Assembly (NCBI GenBank): GCA_964645755.1
Contig: CAZYBT010000001.1
Location: 25,307 to 89,306 of the forward strand
Source: an uncultured Rhizobium sp.
GTDB taxonomy: Bacteria; Bacteroidota; Bacteroidia; NS11-12g; UBA955
Length of the DNA stretch: 64,000 nucleotides
Reading direction: 5' to 3'
Position numbers and translations under genes: made by a program. The notes below the pieces were generated by a model. It was given only the letters and a program-made list of their open reading frames with translations. It had not been told where the DNA came from and searched no databases. Of this stretch, positions 57,205-64,000 are shown piece by piece. Positions within the stretch are counted from its first letter, which is position 1. Each line of letters begins with the position of its first letter.

Positions 57205-57945
57205 TTGAATTATTATTGCATCATGAAAAATTATTTCTACATTCTTTTGTTAATTGTAACAGTTACATCTTGCTCGCAAAACAACAGTCAAAACTCATAT
57301 AAAAAAGCATACGACTTGGCGCAAAAGTCTGGAGATCACGTTGCAAGCAGTCAAATTTTACTGCAGTGGGTGGCCAATGATTCAACTATTTCAAAATGGG
57401 CGTATGATAGTTTGGCGTTCTTTCATTATTACTATGCTGCCAATCCAGCAACAGTTAGAAATCCTTCGGTAGCAATGTTTTATGTAGATAAGGGATTATC
57501 GGTGAATGATCAAAGTGAATTTTTGAAGGACATCAAAGGAAAGTTATTACTTGAGCAGGGAAAAGATACTTTATCGTATGAAATGTTTGAATCTCTTTGG
57601 AAATCAACTAAAAATTATTCTTACTACTGGGATATGGCGTTCATCGAAACTGCGAGAGGAAGGCTTGATGTGGTTGATAAAATGATACAGGAAGTATTGA
57701 ATGCTCCGGATAATCTCACCAAAAAAGTGAAGATGGAACATTTGCAAGCACAGGTGATTGAAGAGGTTCCAGCAAAAGCAGCCTTTCTTTATTTGAATGC
57801 TTTACTCCAAAACAGTCGAAGAGATATGATGGGTTCAGCAGAATCAATTAAGGCCTCGCTACAAATCGCACCAAAATTTTATGCAGCTCAAAGATTTATT
57901 GTAGACATGCAACGTGCTGCTTCTCAAGCTCAGGGGAATCGTTAA
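57205..57945 (+). CDS. Hypothetical helical lipoprotein.
   Basis: Lipobox …VTVTSCSQN. Alpha-helical composition. TPR-like family not demonstrable. Confidence 0.45.
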   Translation: MNYYCIMKNYFYILLLIVTVTSCSQNNSQNSYKKAYDLAQKSGDHVASSQILLQWVANDSTISKWAYDSLAFFHYYYAANPATVRNPSVAMFYVDKGLSVNDQSEFLKDIKGKLLLEQGKDTLSYEMFESLWKSTKNYSYYWDMAFIETARGRLDVVDKMIQEVLNAPDNLTKKVKMEHLQAQVIEEVPAKAAFLYLNALLQNSRRDMMGSAESIKASLQIAPKFYAAQRFIVDMQRAASQAQGNR

Positions 57946-59057
57946 TAGAAGAGTTGATCGATTTTAAAGGTTGCAGAAACCAATTTATGATCACTTGGTA
58001 CATTGGATCTGCTGTTGTATTTAACACATGACATGGGATCTGAATACAAAATATAATCAATTCTGAAACTTGGAAAAGGTCCTTTATATGTCCTTTCCAA
58101 CCCTCTACCACATTTTACAAAAGCATCTCCTAAATTGTCGCAAACTTTTCGATAAGTGTAACTCACTGGCACGTCGTTGAAGTCACCCACTACAATTTTA
58201 GGGATTTTACATTCTTTTAACACGTTGGTGAGTATGTCTGTTTGCTCGGCTCTTTTTTCGTAAGCGAGCTTCATACGCGTGATTAAACCGTCAGTTTTCT
58301 CTTTGTCGATTTCCTTGTTTGAGTTCACCTTTTCAATGGTTTTGTAATCTGACTTATTGAATCTAAATGATTGTAAATGAACATTATAAACGCGTATGGT
58401 TTTTTCAGAATTCATTTCTGACGATGGCATTTTTATATCAACCCACATTGCCATATTGCCAGTATTTTCTCCAAATGAAATGCGGTTCCATTTTTCGATT
58501 CTGTGTTTCGATAATATCATCATACCATAAGGGCGATTTTCGTTCAATTTATAAACCACACCATAAGGATAATTGCAATGTTTTTTCATTCTTTGAATGA
58601 GTGACATCATGGTTTCATTTCGTGCGTATACTTCTTGAAGGCAAATAATGTCAGCATTCTCGGTTCGAATCATTTGTAAAACAGAATCTTGTTGCCAACC
58701 AATCGTGAAAATTCCAAATAAATTGGCATTGTAGGTGACAACTTTACACAAATCTTGTGGGCGGGATTGAAAATCTGGTTTTGAGTTCCATTGGAAATAC
58801 AGACTCATTTGTCCTAAATTAAATAGAAAAAAGGCCGCCGGAATTAAACTTTTCCATTTTAACTGTATTAACCAGTAAACGAGAAAGCAGAAATTGAATA
58901 AGAACAATATTGGAAATGCAAGTCCAATTAATGGTAAAAAACTGTTGATTTGGGGAGAAAAAGATGCAACTTGACCTGAAAACATTAGAAGCAATCCAAT
59001 AACAATGGTTACCGGAAAGACAATAAAATTGAATATTTTGACCAGTGTTTTGATCAT
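57942..59057 (-). CDS. Membrane-anchored endonuclease/exonuclease/phosphatase-family protein.
   Basis: N-terminal TM segments, then …DIICLQEV… and the C-terminal SDH motif of EEP enzymes. Confidence 0.7.
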   Translation of the reverse strand: MIKTLVKIFNFIVFPVTIVIGLLLMFSGQVASFSPQINSFLPLIGLAFPILFLFNFCFLVYWLIQLKWKSLIPAAFFLFNLGQMSLYFQWNSKPDFQSRPQDLCKVVTYNANLFGIFTIGWQQDSVLQMIRTENADIICLQEVYARNETMMSLIQRMKKHCNYPYGVVYKLNENRPYGMMILSKHRIEKWNRISFGENTGNMAMWVDIKMPSSEMNSEKTIRVYNVHLQSFRFNKSDYKTIEKVNSNKEIDKEKTDGLITRMKLAYEKRAEQTDILTNVLKECKIPKIVVGDFNDVPVSYTYRKVCDNLGDAFVKCGRGLERTYKGPFPSFRIDYILYSDPMSCVKYNSRSNVPSDHKLVSATFKIDQLFY

Positions 59058-59867
59058 TTACTTTTTGCTTGCAGTAAATAATTTTTCTTTTTCTATTGAA
59101 CTCAAACTATCGTAACCACTCGCGCTAATTTTATCTAGGATAGCATCAATTTCGTCTTGTGAAACCTTATGCCCCTGGTTGATATTGACTTTTGCACTTC
59201 TTTTGGGTTTGGATTTTTTAGATGAAAAATTCATTTTAGGGAAGTTCCAAAGACCTTTAATTTCAGTTACATAAGCCAAGCCCAATAGGTAACCACCTAC
59301 ATGCGCCACATTTCCCCCGAAATTTGAGTAAAATAGGATTCCCATAATATCAAAAAATATTTTGAGGTAAACAATCCAGCGCAATTCAATTTCAACAATT
59401 CCGAGTAGGAAAACTCTGTAGTGAGGTGTAAATATGGCAGTTGCAATTAAAATTGCAGCTATTCCTCCAGAAGCTCCAACCAATGGCATTTCTAAATTTA
59501 AAATTGTTGCAGCAATTTTATACAAAATTGCTCCAGAGATCCCTCCAAAGAAAAACAAGCGAAGTATGTGTTTAGAGCCAATTAAATCTTCGAGAATGGT
59601 TCCAATGAAGTAGAGCCAAAGCATGTTTCCGAGCAAATGCATGAATCCGGCATGCAAGAACATGTATGTGACGTAGTTATAAAATGATAAAAGGAAAGGT
59701 GATTGTGGATTGAATGAAAAGACATTGAAAATGGCCTCTCCAACAGGGAAAAATCCAATAATTAAGAAGAAAAAATAAACAAGCACATTGGTCCAAATCA
59801 GATTTACAACCAACGAATTCGAGGGACTGAAAGGTTTATTTGTAAATGTAACAGGTTTATTAAACAT
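59058..59867 (-). CDS. Rhomboid-family intramembrane serine protease.
   Basis: …HAGFMHLLGNMLWL… and the GASGGIAAIL catalytic GxSG motif. C-terminal cytoplasmic tail. Confidence 0.8.
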   Translation of the reverse strand: MFNKPVTFTNKPFSPSNSLVVNLIWTNVLVYFFFLIIGFFPVGEAIFNVFSFNPQSPFLLSFYNYVTYMFLHAGFMHLLGNMLWLYFIGTILEDLIGSKHILRLFFFGGISGAILYKIAATILNLEMPLVGASGGIAAILIATAIFTPHYRVFLLGIVEIELRWIVYLKIFFDIMGILFYSNFGGNVAHVGGYLLGLAYVTEIKGLWNFPKMNFSSKKSKPKRSAKVNINQGHKVSQDEIDAILDKISASGYDSLSSIEKEKLFTASKK

Positions 59868-59870
59868 GAT

Positions 59871-60521
59871 CTATTTCCAATTTTTTTGCCATATTTTAAT
59901 GATAATAAAACCAAATAATGCGCCCCCAATATGTGCAAAATGAGCGATATTATCAGATGCCATATCTAGGAATCCAAGCACTACATCTAAACCAACGATT
60001 ATGGGAATCAAATATTTTGCTTTGATTGGATAAGGAATAAACAAAAAAATCATTGTTTCGTTTGGATACAGCACCCCAAAGGCTGTCATTACGCCATACA
60101 ATGCTCCGCTAGCTCCGAGCATTGCGGGATATGGAATATTTAAGTTTAATGCTCTCCCGGGAAATAAATAACCAGTTTCATTGTAAATCATTAAACCCAT
60201 ATATGAAAAATGGAGCAGAACAGCACCCAACCCACTCAAAAAAAACAATTGTAAAAACTTTTTAGTTCCTAATCTATACTCTACCACCATTCCGAATGAA
60301 AAAAGTGCAAACGCATTAAATAGTATGTGTCCAAGTCCCCCATGACAAAAAATATGGGTCACCAATTGCCAAATTCTAAAATTAGCGCTATCGGGATAAT
60401 ACAAGTACCAGGTAGATGGATCGATTCCAATATTGGGTAAAGCATACTGGGCCATAGCACCCAAACCCATTACAATGAGGATGTTTTTTAAACCTGTGGG
60501 TAAATTTTGGAGCTGAATCAT
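59871..60521 (-). CDS. Rhomboid-family intramembrane serine protease (second copy).
   Basis: …HGGLGHILFNAFALF…GASGALYGVM…HIGGALFG. Confidence 0.8.
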   Translation of the reverse strand: MIQLQNLPTGLKNILIVMGLGAMAQYALPNIGIDPSTWYLYYPDSANFRIWQLVTHIFCHGGLGHILFNAFALFSFGMVVEYRLGTKKFLQLFFLSGLGAVLLHFSYMGLMIYNETGYLFPGRALNLNIPYPAMLGASGALYGVMTAFGVLYPNETMIFLFIPYPIKAKYLIPIIVGLDVVLGFLDMASDNIAHFAHIGGALFGFIIIKIWQKNWK

Positions 60522-62383
60522 AAATTTCTGTTTTTCTTGAAAAGGTCGAATATTGTTTCTGCGGTAAGCTTCACGAAAACCAATTTTCCATCAAATGTAA
60601 ACTGAGGATTGTTTAATGCAAATAATTCTTTGATTAAAAACTTTACTTCTTCGTTCGAAATGGTATTTTGGGTGAATTTAATGCTTTGTCGCGACATACT
60701 TGCAGCTAAGCTCTGGTGCTTTGAGAGTTTTACATCACCTTGGGTATTGAGATAATCTTCAATGATTTGCTCAACGAGTTTTTGTTCATCGCAAGATGAA
60801 ATTTGCGCGGGGAGTCCATTGATTAAAATTGAATTCCCACCGAAATGTCCTAAATCAAATCCCAAATGCTTGAGTTCGTCTAAAATTTCCAAAGCAACGG
60901 CTAAATGTGAAGGACTTAATTCGACATTACGTGGAAAAAGGAGCTGTTGTGTTGCCCCTTTCATATTTTCCAATTGATTGTGAAATTGGTGAAATAATGT
61001 TTGTTGTTGTGCCAAACGTTTATCTACAATATACAAATTTCCTTCGATATTTGCAACCACATAACGATCGGCCAAATTGAAAGATCCTAAAATTGCAAGA
61101 TCATTTGATTGTTTATCAATGATTTGATGTTGTTGTGTTGGTTGTATTTCCGGTTCAAAATTCTGTGGATTGAATTGTGGTTCAACCGATCCTAGAATTT
61201 TTTGCCAGTCTTGATTTGCGTTTCTATCGTAGGGTTTCCGATCTTGGTTGAAAGGATTATAGCGGGAATCTTGCTTTTCTGTTGAAGGTTGTTCAATTTT
61301 AGACCAATTGGTGTATGCTCCTGGCACTTGAGGAGTTTGGCTGAGCCACTGATTGATGTTTTCAAGTCCTAAAATTTCGGAATCTGGCTGCACAACAAAA
61401 GTACCTAAAGCTTTCCTTGCCGTTGCTTTTATGAGGTTGTAAATATGTTTTTCATCTTCAAATTTGACTTCTGTTTTGGTTGGATGTATGTTCACATCCA
61501 CTTTTTCTGGTGCAACATTCAAAAATAGAGTATAGGTAGGAAAACTATCGGATTCAATAAGTCCTTCATAAGCGGCCATAACGGCATGGTGGAAATAGGG
61601 GCTTTTGATAAAGCGATCATTGACAAAAAAATACTGATCACCACGGGTTTTTTTAGATATAGCAGGGGAACCTACGAATCCATTAATTTCAACGATGTCT
61701 GTAACTTCTTGAATTTCAAGAAATTCTTTGTTGTCTTTTTTACCAAGTACATCAGCTAATCTTTCGAGAATGGGCTTTGGTGTCCAATTAAATATTTCAC
61801 TATTATTGTTAAAAAGGATGAAATGGATCTGAGGATTGGCCATCGCCTGACGTTGAAATTCTTCAAAAATATGTTTAGTTTCAACGGAAATAGATTTGAG
61901 AAAATTTCTTCTAACGGGAATATTGAAGAATAGGTTTTTGATGGCAATAGTGGTACCGTTGGCTGCTGCTTCGAGTCGTTGCTCTATGACTTCACTTCCT
62001 TCAATTCTGATATAGGTAGCAACTTCATCTACTTCTCGTTTGGTTTTCATTTCAACTTGGGCAACTGCCGCAATCGAAGCCAGAGCTTCACCCCTAAAAC
62101 CGTATGTATGGAGGGAAAAGAGATCTTCAGCCTTTCTGATTTTAGAGGTGGCATGCCTTTCCCAGCACATGCGGGCATCGGTTTCACTCATGCCTTTACC
62201 GTTGTCAATCACTTGCATGAGAGTGCTACCTCCATCTTTGATGAGCAATTTTATTTGAGTTGCTCCAGCATCAATGCTGTTTTCAATCAATTCTTTCACT
62301 GCATTGGCAGGACGCTGAACAACCTCACCGGCAGCAATTTGATTCGCAACAGCATCAGACAATAATTTTATGACATCAGACAT
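60518..62383 (-). CDS. mutL: DNA mismatch repair protein MutL.
   Basis: MSDVIKLLSDAVANQIAAGEVVQRPANAVKELIENSIDAGAT…IDNGKGM, the GHKL ATPase signature of MutL. Confidence 0.92.
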   Translation of the reverse strand: MSDVIKLLSDAVANQIAAGEVVQRPANAVKELIENSIDAGATQIKLLIKDGGSTLMQVIDNGKGMSETDARMCWERHATSKIRKAEDLFSLHTYGFRGEALASIAAVAQVEMKTKREVDEVATYIRIEGSEVIEQRLEAAANGTTIAIKNLFFNIPVRRNFLKSISVETKHIFEEFQRQAMANPQIHFILFNNNSEIFNWTPKPILERLADVLGKKDNKEFLEIQEVTDIVEINGFVGSPAISKKTRGDQYFFVNDRFIKSPYFHHAVMAAYEGLIESDSFPTYTLFLNVAPEKVDVNIHPTKTEVKFEDEKHIYNLIKATARKALGTFVVQPDSEILGLENINQWLSQTPQVPGAYTNWSKIEQPSTEKQDSRYNPFNQDRKPYDRNANQDWQKILGSVEPQFNPQNFEPEIQPTQQHQIIDKQSNDLAILGSFNLADRYVVANIEGNLYIVDKRLAQQQTLFHQFHNQLENMKGATQQLLFPRNVELSPSHLAVALEILDELKHLGFDLGHFGGNSILINGLPAQISSCDEQKLVEQIIEDYLNTQGDVKLSKHQSLAASMSRQSIKFTQNTISNEEVKFLIKELFALNNPQFTFDGKLVFVKLTAETIFDLFKKNRNL

Positions 62384-62407
62384 TGCTTTATCTCCTAAAA
62401 TATTCGT

Positions 62408-63256
62408 TTAGTTTTTTTGGTAAACCAAAACACCCCATTCTTGGTGTGTATTTCTTGAAATAGAAGTCAGATTTTTAGACAAGCAAATGTCATTTACCAT
62501 GTCTAAATCCGATAATTGCAAACCGCTAATTAAAATAAATCCTTGATGATCAAGAACTTTCAAATAAGCATCTAGGTCGGCCAAAATAATTTCTCTGTGG
62601 ATATTGGCTAAAATGACATCGAAATGTTGATTCGGATAGTTCACCAAAGTGTGTGCAGTGCCCAAAAGCATCACAGTTTTCTCACAATGGTTAACAACTA
62701 AATTATCATTGGCATTATCAACCACCCAATCATCGATTTCAATGCCTACTACATCGGCTGCTCCAATTTTTTCGGCAACAATTCCTAAGATTCCGGTACC
62801 GGCCCCCATATCGAGTACTTTCGAATGTTGAATCTTTGCTTCTAATTTTAGCATTTCTTGAATCATCAATCGAGTGGTAGAATGATGTCCAGTTCCAAAA
62901 CTCATTCTTGGTTCGATTGTGATCACAATTCCTTCATTTACTGCAGGATGAAAAGGGGCACGAATGTGCACATTTTCAATTTGAAGGGGCTCAAAAAAGT
63001 TCTTTTCCCATAGTTCATTCCAATTTTGTTTTTCTTGAGTTTCCCAATTAAATTGAGTGCAAAATGGAAGAATAATTTCTTCAACCTCCTTTTTTTGTTC
63101 TTCCGTGAAATCTTCAACTTTAGCGTGAGCAACAATCTCTGTGCCCTCAGTATTGAAGTAGTTAAAAGGAAATTCGCTAATTAAAGCAACTACGATTTCC
63201 TTAATTTCTTCATCTGAAGAATTTGGAAAGATGGTTATTGAGAGAAAATCGGCCAT
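62408..63256 (-). CDS. prmA: Ribosomal protein L11 methyltransferase.
   Basis: …VLDMGAGTGILGIVAEKIGA…VGIEIDDWVV… SAM-MTase motif I within the PrmA-type layout. 282 aa. Confidence 0.8.
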   Translation of the reverse strand: MADFLSITIFPNSSDEEIKEIVVALISEFPFNYFNTEGTEIVAHAKVEDFTEEQKKEVEEIILPFCTQFNWETQEKQNWNELWEKNFFEPLQIENVHIRAPFHPAVNEGIVITIEPRMSFGTGHHSTTRLMIQEMLKLEAKIQHSKVLDMGAGTGILGIVAEKIGAADVVGIEIDDWVVDNANDNLVVNHCEKTVMLLGTAHTLVNYPNQHFDVILANIHREIILADLDAYLKVLDHQGFILISGLQLSDLDMVNDICLSKNLTSISRNTHQEWGVLVYQKN

Positions 63257-63257
63257 T

Positions 63258-63947
63258 TTACTTTTTTACTGCAGATTGTAAGTTGCACTCATTAAATTCC
63301 GCATTGTAGCCAATGTTGAACGGCAATTTAGCAGGTTTTTTGAGCGCATATTCTACTTTCATATCTCTCTGAACCCTTGAATAAAAAAGTTGAATGGTTC
63401 GGGTATATTGACCCAACAGGGTAACTTCAAATCCGGTAGATTTCAAGATAGCATAGGGAACTCCGCTATCGTCTTGTAGGATTCGTTTACTATTTTTGGT
63501 CATGATGCCCCTAATTTTAGAGAAATAACTATTGTGCATCAAATAACTTGCAGCCTTGAAAAAAGATACAATTTGTTTTCGGCTGTTCAAATAATGATAG
63601 ATGCCAGCACTTTTTGATCCAGTAGATAATCCCTTGTCGCTCAAATCACCAGAAATGTAAATGAGCTCTTTGGTAGATCCAGAACCATCTTTGGATTTAA
63701 AACCAATCCGAATGGCCATTTTTTTATGATTGCGCGCACCCAATTCTACTTCATTGATTGTTTTGCCGTTAGCATCAATATCAAAAGCTTTGATATATTC
63801 TATTTGATAACCAAACTTTGCCATGTAATAAAGGCATGTATGAATGGTTCCATTCAAATAACCTTTGGTAAAATCTACTTCCATGCTCAATGTTCTAAAG
63901 AAACCGAGTTTGTGAGGAAAGTATAAAGCTTGTTCAAGATTGGTCAA
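63258..63947 (-). CDS. Hypothetical protein. Start and N-terminus uncertain; may extend toward the window end.
   Basis: Long ORF immediately upstream of prmA on the same strand. No recognisable motifs. Confidence 0.35.
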   Translation of the reverse strand: MTNLEQALYFPHKLGFFRTLSMEVDFTKGYLNGTIHTCLYYMAKFGYQIEYIKAFDIDANGKTINEVELGARNHKKMAIRIGFKSKDGSGSTKELIYISGDLSDKGLSTGSKSAGIYHYLNSRKQIVSFFKAASYLMHNSYFSKIRGIMTKNSKRILQDDSGVPYAILKSTGFEVTLLGQYTRTIQLFYSRVQRDMKVEYALKKPAKLPFNIGYNAEFNECNLQSAVKK

Positions 63948-64000
63948 ATACCTTTCTAATTTTACAGGATTGGCCGTATCAATGTCAAATAAGTAACCGG

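Noticed and set aside
62905-62920. GGTTCGATT-type T-loop-like strings (here and at ~30370) that could hint at tRNA genes
   Set aside because: They lie inside well-supported CDSs and have no flanking acceptor or anticodon stem complementarity.

Overview
Low-GC (roughly 33-35% by eye) Bacteroidota-type chromosome segment, most likely Flavobacteriia. The supporting signs are short leaders, many ATGA/TGA-ATG coupled gene junctions, a T9SS-type C-terminal sorting motif, and the gene order der...folA...nadK...htpG/recX...mutL/prmA. About half of the window (1253-32899, all on the + strand) is one large Wzx/Wzy-dependent surface-polysaccharide locus (O-antigen or capsule type). It is inserted between the housekeeping genes der and folA.

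The locus contains:
- the export pair Wza/Wzc;
- a CDP-3,6-dideoxyhexose pathway (ddhA, ddhB, ddhC, an RmlC-like epimerase and an SDR reductase) with no E3 reductase visible;
- Wzx, a Wzy candidate, about six glycosyltransferases and a hexapeptide acetyltransferase;
- two tandem divergent CE4-like (polysaccharide-deacetylase-like) paralogs;
- a HisC-like aminotransferase, a HAD phosphatase and a TupA-like ATP-grasp, which together are an analog of the Campylobacter jejuni serinol-phosphate/glucuronamide module;
- a PglC-like initiating phosphoglycosyltransferase, a PglD/NeuD-family N-acyltransferase, KASIII, ACP, a second KASIII, a FabG-like reductase and a PglE-like aminotransferase. This set predicts a 4-amino-4,6-dideoxy sugar N-acylated with a dedicated hydroxy-fatty-acyl group.

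The rest of the window is ordinary core and surface genes: folA, a POTRA/beta-barrel outer-membrane protein, nadK, a secreted EEP nuclease with a T9SS C-terminal domain, two GH13 amylases, an SLC45-like MFS transporter, a metallophosphoesterase, a 1063-aa BNR/sortilin-like protein, a 1056-aa protein built from four OmpA-like repeats, htpG, recX, two tandem secreted paralogs, an ACMSD-like amidohydrolase, an APC permease, two tandem rhomboids, mutL and prmA.

I could not support any tRNA, rRNA, CRISPR array, transposase, integrase or recognisable defence system. The most novel content is the modification chemistry encoded in the polysaccharide locus and the repeat architectures of Wzc and the OmpA-repeat protein. 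Some gene starts use TTG/GTG and are approximate.
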